From the human T2T-CHM13v2.0 reference genome, Homo sapiens, in assembly GCF_009914755.1 (NCBI RefSeq), contig NC_060926.1: a stretch of 64,000 nucleotides of DNA. The stretch is one strand, 5' to 3'. Within the stretch, counting starts at the first letter, position 1; the number at the start of each line of letters is the position of its first letter. Shown one piece after another: positions 38,463 to 53,943 of the stretch. A program made the translations under genes and the position numbers. The notes under the pieces are model-generated. The model ran no database searches, was not told the origin of the DNA, and saw only the letters and a program-made list of their open reading frames with translations.

Positions 38463-39816
38463 GGGATCAGTGTGTTCCACACGAGTGTGCTGTGTCCGGC
38501 AATGCTGGGCGCAGAGCCCATGCGGGGACGCCCACAGCAGGAACCTCTCCTCTGTCCTTCCCTCTCCTCACCTTCGTACTGAAGACCTCCTCATGGCAAA
38601 TCAGACCCCCAGGAAAAGTTATTTTTCACACTCTGGGATTCTGTAGCTTAACACTGAGAAAACTCAGATAGATTCACAAGGGGCAGGACGAAAATTGCTG
38701 AAGGCTGAATTCTGAAGAGGCGTTAGCGACCGCTGTGGTCAGCACCCTGGTTTCCTAGGAAAATGGAGGGCTGGAGAGGAGTTTTCAGAATTTAGCTTGC
38801 TAGCTGTACCCATTTTTGATGTCAGCATCTGGCACTGTCTGAAACGACAGAATGTTGTCTATGACCATAGCATCCTGAGTGCGCTGGTCTCATCTGAAAT
38901 GAGAGAATACTTAGAAAACATCGTTAAATAAGTGAAATTTAAGAGTTGGTTATGAAGCCATGCAAATTTTAGCTTTGAATTACCACTGTGATTACTTCAG
39001 CAACTAGGAAAATTACTAATAGCTTTTACTTAATGTGTGCATTATTGTAATTCTTTACAAACTTGACAGAGTTAAAATGGTTTTTAGTTAGAAAAATAAT
39101 TATGAAATGGGAATATAAAACTTATTAGACATAGGTTTTTGTTAAATGAAAATATTAATTGTCACTAATTGAGAAGATGAAATGCCTTCCAAATGTAAAG
39201 ATAGTAACTGGCTACTTTATTTTTGGCAAATACCAATTCCAAAGGCCTTAGTAGAAGTGCTGAACATGAACTAAAACAGGAAGTTTTTGAGCAGATGTTG
39301 TAAAAAAGGGCAACTGTGTCCCGGGTCCTTTATTGCAATGAAGTTAGAATGGAGACACGATTGTTAATCAATATATTTAAATTTCCTTGCCTTAAGGGAA
39401 AATTCGGCAGTTTTATTGAAAAACAGTCCTGCATTTTTTAATCCTATGGGATAAAAGTGTCTACAATAAGGTTGGCTTTTTAAACAAAATTTCTTCTCGT
39501 TTATTTTTCCTGCATTTCCTTTATTCCCAATCTTTCTTCTGTGTTAAAATACACATAGCAAGGTTGACTTCTGACGATTAGATCTTGGATCAGAAACTGA
39601 GAAAGATAGAAGAGTGATCCAAATAAGCAGGCTGCTTCGGTGTCCTGCTCTGCTCAACGGGTTTGCAGAGGACACCATTGATGCCCAGCACGTCCACGGC
39701 CACCCAGATGCCTCTCCTCTCAGAGACTTTCCAGCCCGGTCCCTAGTGCCTCACCTTCAGCATTTTCTCTAACCTCCTGCCACACTTGGGTGGGGTTTTT
39801 ACACTTTACTGTCACC

Positions 39817-40001
39817 TGGAAAACTTCCATGGACTGGGTCCCTGGTGCCAAAAACATTGGGGACTCTTGTCCTAGACTACCTACTCAATAATTTCAGACC
39901 CTTTATTCAGGAAGGAGGGAAGGAGAGGAGAGGAGGGGAAGGGGAAGAGGAAGGGGAAGGAAAGAGGGAAGGGGAAGGGGAAGGAAAGGAGGGAAATGGC
40001 A
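39817..40001 (-). repeat. Left arm of an inverted duplication (copy of 41226-41404)
   Basis: Reverse complement of 41226-41404, with about 3 mismatches in ~100 bp of non-simple sequence. Confidence 0.95.
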
Positions 40002-40374
40002 GATCAAGTTCACCTGAACTTGATTCCTGAGTGGCCTCATGATTCTTGCACTGGCTGAAGCTGGTGCAATGGTCTAGACCCCGATTACCTAGACCATGTT
40101 CCTTGTCAGCCCCTTGCCAGAGTGTTTGGACTATAAGCTGTGGAAATGCATCAGTGGAAACGTGGCTTGTCTCCACGGAAACGGGGCGTGGCGAGCCCGG
40201 GACTCTTCTGTTCCACCTTCTGCTGGGTTTTCTACACTGTCTCCCAACTCTCCTGTTGAATTTTTGAACTTTCCACTCCCATATAATTAATTTCCCAGAG
40301 CTATTTTTCTCAAAATGTATTTGTTCTCCATATATTCCTTTTTTCAAAAAAGATTCTTATGTAGTCTGTTTTAA

Positions 40375-40911
<537 letters not shown>

Positions 40912-41351
40912 TAGAATTGTTAGGGCTTCTCTCTCAGCTAGTCAGACTCTCCAGAGGAGGTTTCTCCTGCACAGAGGGTCCGAGTCTGTCTAGGGGCTCC
41001 GTGGGGAAGAGAGTGCAACTGCATAGGCATTAAGTCAGCTTTCACATGGTCCATTTCCTGTGTGATGTTTCCACCCTCAACTCGACCCCGATGCTCCCAG
41101 CCAGAGACCTTCCATCCCCCTCCAGAGAATAAAACCTTTGATTTCTGCTGGGGAGTTGGTGGTGGGGGTGGAGGGATCTGGGAATTTTCTACTCACTTTT
41201 TACCCCCTCCCCTCGACACTCCCTTTGCCATTTTCCTCCTTTCCTTCCCCTTCCCCTTCCCTCCTTTCCTTCCCCTTCCCCTCCTCTCCTCTCTTCTCCT
41301 TCCCTCCATCCTGAATAAAGGGTCTGAAATTATTGAGTAGGTAGTCTAGGA

Positions 41352-41871
41352 CAAGAGTCCCCAACGTTTTTGGCACCAGGGAGCCAGTCCATGGAAGTTT
41401 TCCATGGACTGGGGTGGGGGATGGTTTGGGGGTGATTCAAACGCATTACATTTTTTGGAAACTTTATTTCTGTTATTATTACACTGTAATATATAATGAA
41501 ATAATTATACAACTCACCATAACGTAGAATCAGTGGGAGCCCTGAGCTTGTTTTCCTGCAACTAGACAGCCCTATCTAAGGGTGATGGGAGACAGTGACA
41601 GATCATTAGATTATTCAATTCTCATAACCAGTGGGCAACCTAGATCCCTCACATGTGCAGTTCACAATAGGGTTCATGTTCCTATGAGAATGTAATGCTG
41701 CTGCTGATCTGACAGGAGGTGGAGCTCAGGTGGTAATGTGAGCAATGGGGAGCAGCTGTAAATACAGATAAAGCTTTGCTCGCTTGCCTGGTGCTCACCT
41801 CTTGCTGTGAAGCCCGGTTCCTAACAGGCCACAGATCAGTACAGTCTATGGCCCAGGGGTTGGGGATCCCG
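41352..41871 (+). mobile_element. MER1A (hAT-Charlie MITE), full length
   Basis: TIRs caagagtccccaac / gttggggatcccg, ~520 bp, perfect 8-bp TSD gtctagga (41344-41351, 41872-41879). Confidence 0.93.
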
Positions 41872-42234
41872 GTCTAGGATCTTCAAGTATGCCATAGATG
41901 TCAATTGTTTCTTCCTTTGCTAGTTGATTAAAATCTGTTTTTTCACATAATTCTGACATGATCTCACAATCTTACTCCTTTTGTCCTCCAAACTTTCATT
42001 CTGAAATATCTTAGGCCACCCCCCAGGAAAGTTACTAGCATAATAAACACCCACATTCCTTTCACCAGGTTTGTCAGTTGCTATCATTTCATTATATTTG
42101 TGTCTCACTCCTTCTCTTCCTTGCTGAGCTATTTGTGAGTTAGTTGCAGAGGGCACGGGATCTTAGTTCTAAACAGGACCATATGTATTCCTGAAGGCAG
42201 GAGCACTCTCCTACATAGTCACAAAGTGATGAAG

Positions 42235-42697
42235 CTTCTTAGCTTGCTGTTGCTGTTTTAACAAATTGCCATAAACTTTATGGCTTAAAACACAAATTTA
42301 TTATCTCACAGTTTTGGGGGTCAGAAGTCTGAAATGGATCTCACTGGGCTGTGCGGCTTCCTGGAGGCTCTTGGGGGAGAGTCCCGTTTCCTGGCTTCTG
42401 GGGGATGCCTGCGTTCCTTGGCTCCTGGCCCCTTCCATATTCAAGCCCAGCAGTGGCTGAAGGACTTCTCAGACCATCTCACCCTGACTGTGACCCTTCC
42501 ATCTCTCTTTCATCTTTGTAGGCTGCTGATGATTATATTGAGCCCACCTGGGTAACCCAGGCACAAAGCCCATCTTAAGGAAGCTCGGCTAATTAGCTCT
42601 ACAATCTTAACTCCTTGCCAGGCAGCCTCACATATCCACAGGTTTGGGGGATTGGGATTTGAACATCTTTGGGAGGGAGACTTGTTGTGTCTATTGC
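42235..42697 (-). mobile_element. MLT1 (C/D-like) LTR
   Basis: tgctgtttaacaaattgccataaactttatggcttaaaacacaaatttattatctcacagtttt..ggatttgaacatctttggg. Confidence 0.75.
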
Positions 42698-42802
42698 ATT
42701 CAGGAAATGTAACGTTGTTCTAATACAGCTCTTTAATGTATTTCCCCAGTTGATCCAATAACGTTCTTTAAGGCTGGCTTTTAGAAATTCAGATGAATGG
42801 GG

Positions 42803-43091
42803 GGCTAGTTGTCATGGCTCACACCTGTAATCCCAGTACTTTGGGAAGCTGAGGCAGGCGGATCACTTAAGGTGTTCAAGACCAGCCTGGGTAACATGGT
42901 GAAACCCTGTCTCTACAAAAAATACAAAAATTAGCTGGACGTGGTGGTGCACACCTATAGTCCCATCTTCTCAGGAGACTGAGGTAAGAGGATTGCTTGA
43001 ACCCAGGAGGTGGAGGTTGCAGTGAGTTGAGATTGTACCACTGCACTCCAGCCTGGGCAATGGAGCAAGACCCTGTCTCAAAACCAAAAAA
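42803..43091 (+). mobile_element. AluJ-like
   Basis: Diverged dimer with gaggattgcttga and agaccctgtctc. Confidence 0.85.
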
Positions 43092-43725
43092 TCTGATGAA
43101 CGATCGTGCAGTGCACTTAACTCTCATGTCTCTTTTTATGTAGGACATTTCCTCAGCTTCTTTTGTCTTCCATGACTGACGTTTTGAGGAGTGTAGGTCA
43201 GCTGCTTTACAGAGTCCCCAGGTTAATATTTTGAATTATTTTTTGTAATTGATCCAATTGTTCAGACATAAACCTGCTGTTGTTTCTTTAGGTTTCAAGA
43301 AACTATATGCCTTTTCTTATAGGAGCACAACCTGGAAGCACTCCCCACGTGCTCACCATCCCCTGGCTAAGAAACATGAGCAGAGTGCAAATTTCAGCGG
43401 TCAGCAGGAGTGACTGGAGAGTTAGCCACAGTCAGGGTGTTTTATTCTATGTGGCTGAAATGTCCCTTTCGTCCCCTGAAATAGTATGTTGTCAAACAGT
43501 ACACAAACAACATTGTTCAGGTTGGTTCCCCTGCTGTCACACATTTTCACCAACATACTAGTAATTTCTTCAGATTCACAAGAAAAGCTGAAGAACCCTT
43601 ACTTTGACAGTTTACCTGATGCCACCATATTTCCTTATCTCCTCTTCTCCCCACCTCATTTTGTTGACTGCTTTTCCTGTTTTGAAGACTGTTGGAGAGG
43701 AACATCACTTCTCTCAATTTCCCAT

Positions 43726-44024
43726 TTCTTTTTTTTTTTTCCTTTTTATTTTTTTTGAGTCTTGCTCTGTCACCCAGGCTGGAGTGCAGTGGTATGATCT
43801 CAGCCTCCCTTGCCTCCTCGGTACAAGCAATTCTCCTGCCTCAGCCTCCCGAGTGGCTGAGACTACAGGCACATGCCACTGTGCCTGGCCAATTTTTGTA
43901 TTTTTAGTAGAGTTGAGGTTTTGCCATGTTGGCCAGGCTGGTCTCGAACTCCTAACCTCAAGTGATCCTCCCACCTCGGCCTCCCAAACTGCTGGGATTA
44001 CAGGCGTGAGCCACCATGCCTGGC
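43726..44024 (-). mobile_element. AluS-like
   Basis: Poly-T plus dimer. Flanks share catttcttt. Confidence 0.88.
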
Positions 44025-44095
44025 CTTCTCATTTCTTTATATGGTTAAAAATATCATCCATGAATGGTTTTCTCTGATTCTTTCAACTGGCTAAA

Positions 44096-44098
<3 letters not shown>

Positions 44099-44138
<40 letters not shown>
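44099..44138. repeat. (GT)~20 microsatellite
   Basis: Directly visible. Confidence 0.97.
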
Positions 44139-44141
<3 letters not shown>

Positions 44142-45709
44142 AATTATATATGCATTTATATATATTTGTCTTTATATTTGTCATAGACATATATTTGTCT
44201 TTTTTGATATGGGAAAACTATTTGTCCTCCATGATTTGCTTTACTAAAATATTTAATTTGCATTTGTTTTATAAAGAAAGTGAAAGTTGTCCATGTTTTC
44301 CTCTCAAGGCTTAATGACAGTTAACGCTGAGGTGACATGTGGGGCTGGTTATTCAGGGTGACACTGGCTAGCAAGTTTAAACAATAGCTCACCTTTGCTG
44401 CAAACCTGTTCTGAGCCAAACACTGTGCTGTGAACCTGGCATGTTGTTTCCAGCCCTAATGCTAACCCTGCCAGGCAAATGTGAGCCGCTTAACCTTGCT
44501 CCCAGGTAAATGTAAGAGGCTCCTGTGCTCCCACCAGGGGTTCCTCTAGTGAGTGGTGGAGCCCGGGCTGCCCCCTCCTCACAGGACTGCTGACGTCTGG
44601 CTGCCCCTTCCACGAGGGGCTTGTGTCACAGGTCTAAGGCACACACTTTTCTTTTTCAATTGGGTTAAAACTGTTTCTTGATAACATAACCATTTTTTTT
44701 CAGATATTACGTAGAGTTTATCATACTCAAAAGCATTCCATAGATGAATTCTAACTTTTAAAAGCACGCATGTGTTTTTTGTTTTTGTTTTTGGTGAGTT
44801 GGGGTTGCTTCTATGATCTAAATCTTGACAGCAGTGTGATTAGGTAGAACCCAGCTAGCACCTGCAAGTCAGGTCTTTCCATGGCCTTTGTTTTTTAATG
44901 AGAAAATGGCAAATTAGGAGAAAAGAACTCATATTAGGAGCTTAAATCACTGTTTCAGGTTAGTTCTATTCTGAAGACAATTTCAATCCCATCTTCCCAG
45001 CTCCCTCCCTGTGCACCTAGAGCCTGGCCGGTCTTATTTATGGCTGAGGGAGGCTTTCCTGAGGCATTGAATAGGAGTTCTTAACCAGGGTTCTGCCCCG
45101 AGCTGGGTAGAGACGCATATCGTGCTTCATATGCTCATAAGCTGCTATGGGCATTTGTAAGTAAAGGATGTACAGCTCTCAAAGATCAGAAGGAACAGGA
45201 CCCCGAAAAGGTGAATGGTGACTGCATTTGAAGACACTGTTCTTCAGCAGACAATGAAACTCACGATATGCTGTGTGTAAGGTGGAACAGTACAGTCACA
45301 CACTCCGGGGAGGAAACAAACTCACTTTATTGTGGTAACGCTTTCATCCAAATATAACTTTTCCTATCCACCCAGTCAACAAATATTTATTGAAAATTGT
45401 CTCGTGGTTTTCTTAGGCCGCAGACACTGAGCAGTGAGGATACAGTGGGCTTGGTTCTAATGGACCTGTGGCCAAGGCGGGGAGGAAGACAGGATCACAT
45501 GGGGGCACAGGCAGATGTCTCATTGCAACCTGAAATTAATGCAGTGGGGTGAGGCGAAGATGGCCTAATCTATACGATAAGAAGAAAGGCCGTGGAGGAA
45601 GTGACTTTGGGGTTGAGATGGATGAGGGTGGGGGTGAGTTAACAAGATGAGCAAGTTGGGAAGAAAGGACTCTTGACAGAGGAAGGAGATCAGTGCATAG
45701 GAGGAATCC

Positions 45710-46475
<766 letters not shown>

Positions 46476-47243
46476 AATACCTATATGTGCATGTACATAT
46501 GTGCCAGGAAAACCCATATCAACAGATATTTTAGCATATTAATTTTTTCAGAAGTGGTCACAATTGAAGCCACAGAAGGTACTTTATGGTCATATAATCT
46601 TATACCTTCTTGGACTTTCTTCACGCAGGACACTTCATAGCAAAATATTCATCAGGTAATTGAATTTTTTTCTGCCTTCCCGTTATTCTTTCTCCTTTAC
46701 AGATTATTGAAAGAATCCCTTTAAAGTCCCTGATCTTTTCCTTGAACAGGAAGTGGCTACACTCCTTAGCATGAATTAAAAAGCAGCACATTCACCTTAT
46801 GGATAATTTTAAAAAGCAGCACATTCCCCTTATGAATATTGGTGATAGGACTGTTTACTTTCTAGGCGGACTCAGGCTGGACTTTGATGCCAGGGTTACT
46901 CCCTGTCCTATAAATGATCTTTCTTCCTATTTCTGAAATTAAATGAACAGGTCTGTGCTCAGGGAATCCAGGTGTGGTGGGATAATTTATTGGCATCCTC
47001 GCTTGTGTTCATCTGTGTGTGTTCTGTTCCTGTCTCCTTCAAGGAGGTTGCCTAGCTCCTCTGTGACCGCTGGCTCCTGCCGCAGGGACAAAATCAGGTT
47101 GTCCACAAATACTTTACCTCCTGCCTTTTGAAAAGGTCTAAACTTACCATCAACAAGAGCGTACTTGGGCCCTGGAGGGAGAGGGCTTTTTACTCAGGGC
47201 AGAGAAGGGATAGAGGTGGATTTGGAGAAACAGCAGCAGAGAA

Positions 47244-47700
47244 CCCCTTCCCTTCGCCCTTCCCCTCCCTTCCTGCCCTTCCCCTCCCTTCCTGCCCTTC
47301 CCCTCCCTTCCCTATCCTTTCCCTTCCCTTCCCTCCCCTCCCCTCCCCTTCCCTCCCCTTCTCTTCCCTTCCCTTCGCCCTGACCTTCCCTTCCCTTCGC
47401 CCTTCCCTTCCCTTCCCTTCCCTTCCCTTCCCTCCCCTCCCCTCCCCTCCCCTTCCCTTCCCTTCGCCCTTCCCTTCCCTTCCCTTCCCTTCCCTCCCCT
47501 CCCCTCCCCTCCCCTCCCCTCCCCTTCCCTTCCCTTCCCTCCCCTCCCCTCCCCTCCCCTTCCCTTCCCTTCGCCCTTCCCTTCCCTTCCCTTCCCTTCC
47601 CTCCCCTCCCCTCCCCTCCCCTCCCCTCCCCTTCCCTTCCCTTCCCTCCCCTCCCCTCCCATGTCTTCCTCCCCTCCCGTCCCATGTCTTTCTCCCCTCA
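47244..47700. repeat. (CCCTT/CCCCT)n polypyrimidine-polypurine satellite, ~450 bp
   Basis: Directly visible, with higher-order blocks punctuated by cttcgccc. Confidence 0.97.
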
Positions 47701-50066
47701 CCAGGAAGGCAGCTGACAACTTCATGTGCATACAGTTTGTTTTATATTCATCAAAATATTTCTAGACACAGACATAGAAGTGTAAATGGGAAAGCATCCA
47801 TGCTGGCTGTCATGGGAATGCAGGAGACAGTCCACGCTCGCTTCACTAGAACAAAGCTGCATCCTGTCTGAGTCTCCATCATCAACTTTAACTTTCCCCA
47901 GTTTCGGGCAATAGTCCTTGTGAAATAAGTACTGGTTGGTTGGTTGCAGGAATGCGTGAATGAAGCCGTGGGTGAGGGTGAAGAGTTGCAACAACCGGGC
48001 TTTAGAACCGAGAAATGCAGCCCAGGTTCCTTCAGAGTCTCACCACTAGCTCACTGAATGCATTCAAGTGGGGTTTTCTGTTTTTCTTTTTTCTTTTTTT
48101 TTTTTTTTTAATAACCACAAGCTAATGAAATTAGATTTTTTTTCCAGAGCAAACATCCTACATTCCACTTCTACCTGGAATGAAAGACTCAAAATAATTG
48201 CACGCATTCCTCATTGAATATTTGGTTTTGTGAAGCCAGAGATGAAAAGACAGGAGCCTGGGGACTGTCAGGCCGAGGAGACACACACAGTGGTGCATTT
48301 TCTTCCTAATGCCACATTGTTAACAGTTTCCTCTGTGAAATATGCTGGGCCAATGCACATACTGACTCACACACTATCTTGTATTGTTATGTCCTTTACA
48401 CAAGTCTCTCCCAAACTATCTGTTGATAAAAAACATGTTCTAGAATGTTCTACAAAGCAGTCTGCAGCCATGCCATCCCCTTGCTGTCTTCTAATGTATG
48501 TTTGACTTCTGTTATTTAGTCTGTTATAGGAATGACAATAATGGTAACCCTGTTGGGTGGGAGCTTACCATCTGTCAGGCTGGTGTAGAGGGCTGGGCGC
48601 CTAACTCGATTCCATGTCTGCAGACGATGGAGCCATGGCCTGGGAGCCAGGCTAGTGCTGGTCAGCAGTGGAGTCCAGATTAGAAATGAGATTCAAAGAC
48701 TCTGAAAGCCAGGCTTTTGGTTGGCATGCTGCTATCTATTCAAACCGGCAACACTTAATATTTCTTTGTGATTTTAATGAATATTATTAATTCAAAGAAA
48801 ATGTCTGTATTTCCTCAGAAGACTAAGCAGGGCCCCACCTAGCAAGAGATCATCATTCAATACCTGCTCTTTTGAGGAAGGAGGTGACTCCGTCCACCCC
48901 GCTTCCCCAACCCAATGCCTGGAGGGGCTGCAGCAAGGCAGGCAGGGTGACCAGTTGCCTCTGCAGAATCCGAACCATGGCCCCCAAATCTCCTGACCTC
49001 TCTCTGCCCTCATATCCCACAGAGATATGGCCTTAGGTCAGACCAAGACTTTGGCATTCACTTATGGTAACTTGACAAAAACAGGCATCTGTTTATTACA
49101 CTGGGTTTATTATGTGAGGATACACTTTCCTTAAAAATGTATTTTTTATGTCAATAGGTTTTCAGGGAACAGATGGTGTTTAGTTACATGAATAAGTTCT
49201 GTAGTGGTGATTTCTGAAATTTTGGTGCATCCATCACCCCAGCAGTGTACACTGTACCCAATGTGTAGCCTTTTATCCATCACCCACCTCCTACCCTTTC
49301 CCCCAAGTTCATTGTGTGATTCTTATGTCTTTGTGTCCCCATAGCTTAGCTCCCACTTATGAGTGAGAACATATGATGTTTGGTTTTCCATTCCTGAGCT
49401 ACTTCACTTAGAATAATGGTCTCCAACTCCACCCAGGTTGCTGCAAATGCCATTATTTCATTCCTTTTTATGGCTGAGTAGTATTCCATGGTATATATAC
49501 ACCACATTTTCTTTATCTACTCATTGATGAGCATTTGGCCTGGTTCCATATTTTTTGCAATTGCAAATTGTGCTGCTAAAAACATGCATGTGCAAGGATC
49601 TTTTTCATATAATGACTTATTTTCCTCTGGGTAGGTACCCAGTAGTGGGATTGCTGGATCAATTGGTAGCTCTACTTTTAGTTCTTTAAGGAATCTAGTG
49701 TTTTTCATAGTGGTTGTACCAGTTTACAAGTGTTCTCTCTTTACCACATCCACGCCAACATCCATTATTTTTAGATTTTTTGATTATGGCCATTCTTGCT
49801 AGAATAAGGTGGTATCACATTGTGGTTTTGATTTGCATTTCCCTGATAATTAATGGTGTTGAGCATTCTTTCGTATGCTTGTTGGTCATTTGTATGTCTT
49901 CTTTTGAGAATTGTCTTTTCATGTCCTTAGCCCACTTTTTGATGGGATTGTTTGCTTTTTTTCTTGCTGATTTGTTTGAGTTCCTTGTAGATTTTGGATA
50001 TTAGTCCTTTGTCAGATGTATAGATTGTAAACATTTTCTCCCACTTGTGAGTTGTCTGTTAACTCT

Positions 50067-50442
50067 TGTATTAGTCCATTCTCATGGTGCTAATAAAGAC
50101 ATACCTGAGACTGGGTAATTTACAAAGGAAAGAGATTTAGTTGACTCACAGTTCAGCGTGGCTGGGGAGGCCTCAGGAGACTTACAATCATGGTGGAAGG
50201 GGAAGAAAACATGTCCTTCTTCATATGGTGGCAGCAAGGAGAATTGCCAAACAAAAGGGGGAAAAGCCCCTTATAAAACCATCAGATCTTGTGAGAACTC
50301 ACGCACTATCACGAGAACATCATGAGGGTAATGGTCCCCATGATTAACCCATTTCCTACCAGGTCCCTTCCATGACATGTGGGGATTATGGGAACTAAAA
50401 TTCAAGATGAGATTTGGGTGGGGACACAGCCAAACCATATCA
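50067..50442 (-). mobile_element. THE1D-like solo LTR in the L1PB
   Basis: Termini tgtattagtcc...aaaccatatca. Perfect TSD actct. Confidence 0.93.
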
Positions 50443-51230
50443 ACTCTGCTGATTATTTCTTTTGCTGTGCTGCAGAAACCTTTTAGTTTAATTAAATACC
50501 ATCTATTTATCTTTGACTTTGTTGCGTTTGCTTTGGGATTCTTGGTCATGAAGTCTTTGCCTAAGCCAAAGAAGGGTTGTCTAGAAGGGTTTTTCTGATG
50601 TTATCTTCTAGGATTTTTATGGTTTCAGGTCTTAAATTTAAGTCTTTGATTCATCTTGAGTTGATTTTTGTATAAGGTGAGAGATGAGGATCCAGTTTCA
50701 TTCTTCTAAATGTGGCTTACCAATTATCCCAGCACTATTTGTTGAATAGGGTGTCCTTTCCTGACTTTATGTTTTTGTTTGCTTTGTCAAAGATCAGTTG
50801 ATTATAAGTATTTGGCTTTATTTCTGGGTTCTCTATGCTGTTTGGTTGGTCTGTGTGTCTATTTTTATACCAGTACCATGCTGTTTTGGTGACTATGGCC
50901 TTATAGTATAGTTTGAATGGGTAATGTAATGCCTCCAGATTTATTCCTTTTGCTTAGTCTTGATTTGGGTTTGCGGGCTCTTTTTCGGTTCCATATGAAT
51001 TTTAGGATTGTTTTTTCTAGTTCTGTGAAGAAAGATGGTAGTATTTTGAGGAGAGTTGCATTGAATTTGTAGATTGCTTTTTGGCAGTATGGTCATCTTC
51101 ACAATATTGATTCTACCCATCCATGAGTGTGGGATGTGTTTCCATTTGTTTGTGTCATCTATAATTTCTTTCAGCGGTGTTTTATAGTATTCCTTGTAGA
51201 GGTCTTTCACCTCCTTGGTAAGGTATATTT

Positions 51231-51507
51231 CTTTTTTCTTTTTCTTTTTCTTTTTTTTTTTTTGAGACACAGCTTCACTCTATCACCCAGGCTGGAGTAC
51301 AGTGGCAAGATCTCACTGCAACCTCCACCTCCTGGGTTCAAGCAATTCTCCTGCCTCAACCTCCCAAGTAGCTGGGATTACAGGCACCTGCCACCACGCT
51401 GGGCTAATTTTTTTTTTCTATTTTTAGTAGGGACAGGGTTTCACCATGTTGGCCAGGCTGGTTTCGAGCTCCTGACCTCAAATGATCCGCCAATCTCCGC
51501 TTCCCAA
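51231..51507 (-). mobile_element. 5'-truncated AluS in the L1PB
   Basis: Poly-T plus dimer lacking the first ~35 nt. TSD ggtaaggtatattt / ggttagctatattt. Confidence 0.88.
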
Positions 51508-53227
51508 GGTTAGCTATATTTCTAAGTATTTTATTTTTTTGGAGCTATAGTAAAAGGGGTTGAGTTCTTAAGTTTTTCTTCATTTCTTCTAAAAAAAAAA
51601 AAACCGAATACATGTGCAGAATGTGCAGGTTTGTTACATAGATATATGTGTGCCACGGTAGTTTGCTGCACCTATTGACCCCTCCTCTAAGTTCCCTCCC
51701 CTCACCCTCCAACAGGCCCTGCTGTGTGTTGTTCCCCTTTCTGTGTCCATGTGTTCTCAATGGTCAGCTTTCACTTATGAGTGAGAACATGTGGTGTTTG
51801 GTTTTCTGTCCCTGTGTTAGTTTGCTAAGAATGAAGGCTTCTAGCTTCAACCATGTCCCTGCAAAGGACATACTCTCATTCCTTTTTATGGCTGGATAGT
51901 ATTCCATGGTGTATATGTGCCACATTTTCTTTATCCAGTCTATCATTGATGGGCATTTGAGTTGGTTCTATGCCTTTGCTATTGTAAATAGTGCTGTAAT
52001 AAACATACGCATGCATATGTGTGCATGTGTCTTTATAGTAAAATGAATTCTATTCCTTTGGGTATATACCCAGTAATAGGATTGCTGAGTCAAATGGTAT
52101 TTCTGGTTCTAGATTCTTGAGGAATCGCCATACTGTCTTCCACAAAGGTTGAACTAATTTACATTCCCAACAACATTGTAAAAGCGTTCCTATTTCTCCA
52201 CAGCCTCGCCAGCATCTACTGTTTCCTGACTTTTTAATAATCGCCGTTCTAACTGATGTGAGATGGTATCTCACTGTGGTTTTGATTTGCATTTCTCTGA
52301 TGATCAGTGATATTGAGCTTTTTTTCGTATGTTTGTTAGCCACGTAAATGTCTTCTTTTGTGAATTGTCTGTTCATATCCTTTGCCCACTTTTTGATGGG
52401 GTTGTTTTTTTTTTTTCTTGTAAATATATGTAAGTTCCTTGTAAATTCTGGATATTAGACCTTTGTCAGATGGGTAGATTGCAAAAATTTTCTCCCATTC
52501 TATAGGTTGCCTGTTCACTCTGATGATAGTTTCTTTTGCTGTGCAGAAGCTCTTTAGTTTAAGTAGATACCATTGGTCAATTTTGGCTTTTGTTGCAAAT
52601 GCTTTTGGCATTTTTGTCATGAAGTCTTTGCCCATGCCTATGTCCTGAATGGTACTGCCAAGGTTTTCTTCTAGCATTTTTATGGTTTTGGGTTTTATAT
52701 TTAAGTCTTTAATCCATCTTGAGTTAATTTTTGTATAAGGTGCAAGGAAGGGGCCCAGTTTCAGTTTTCTGCATATGGCTAGCCAGTTTTCCCAGCACGA
52801 TTTACTGAATAGGAGATCCTTTCCCCATTGCTTGTTTTGGTCAGGCTTGTCAAAGATCAGATGGTTGTAGATGTGTGGTGTTATTTCTGAGGTCTCTATT
52901 CTGCTCCATTGGTCTATATGTCCGTTTTTGTACCAGTACCATGCTGTTTTGGTTACTGTAGCCTTGTAGTACAGTTTGAAGTCAGGTAGCATGATGCCTC
53001 CAGGTTTGTTCTTTTTGACTAGGATTATCTTGGCTATATGGGGTCTTCTTTGATTCCACATGAAATTTAAAATAGTTTTTTCTAATTCTGTGAAGAATGT
53101 CAATGGTAGTTTGATGGGAATAGCATTGAATCTAGAAATTACTTTGGGCAGTATGGCCATTTTCACAAAATTGATTCTTTCTATCCATTAGCATGGAATG
53201 TTTTTCCGTTTGTTTGCATCTTCTCTT

Positions 53228-53943
53228 TTTTTTATTTTTATTTTTTATTTTTTTATTATACTTTAAGTTTTAGGGTACATGTGCACAACCTGCAGGTTAG
53301 TTACATATGTATACATGTGCCATGTTGGTGTGCTGCACCCATTAACTCATCATTTAACATTAGGTATGTCTACTAATGCTATCCCTCCCCCCTCCCCCCA
53401 CCCCACATCAGGCCCCAGTGTGTGATGTTCCCCTTCCTGTGTCCATGTGTTCTCATTGTTCAATTCCCACCTATGAGTGAGAACATGCAGTATTTGGTTT
53501 TTTGTCCTTGCGATAGTTTGCTGAGAATGATGGTTTCCACCTTCATTCATGTCCCTACAAAGGATATGAACTCATCATTTTTTATGGCTGCATAGTATTC
53601 CATGGTGTAAATGTGCCATATTTTCTTAATCCAGTCTATTATTTTTGGACATTTGGCTTGGTTTCAAGTCTTTGCTATTGTGAATAGTGCTGCAATAAAC
53701 ATACGTGTGCATGTGTCTTTATAGCAGCATAAAGTGTCATATAGTAGCATAATCCTTTGGGTATATACCTAGTAATGGGATTGCTGGGTCAAATGGTATT
53801 TCTAGTTCTAGATCCCTGAGGAATCGCCACACTGACTTCCACAATGGTTGAACTAGTTTACAGTCCCACCAACAGTGTAAAAGTGTTCCTATTTCTCCAC
53901 ATCCTCTCCAGCACCTGTTGTTTCCTGACTTTTTAATGATTGC
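53228..53943 (-). mobile_element. 5'-truncated young L1PA (PA3-5-like, ~0.7 kb) inside L1PA8 ORF2
   Basis: 3' end ttattatactttaagttttagggtacatgtgcacaac. TSD catcttctctt. Confidence 0.9.

Noticed and set aside
47128-47871. 247-aa Pro/Ser-rich ORF and antisense Gly/Arg/Glu-rich ORFs
   Set aside because: Artefacts of the stop-free CCCTT repeat
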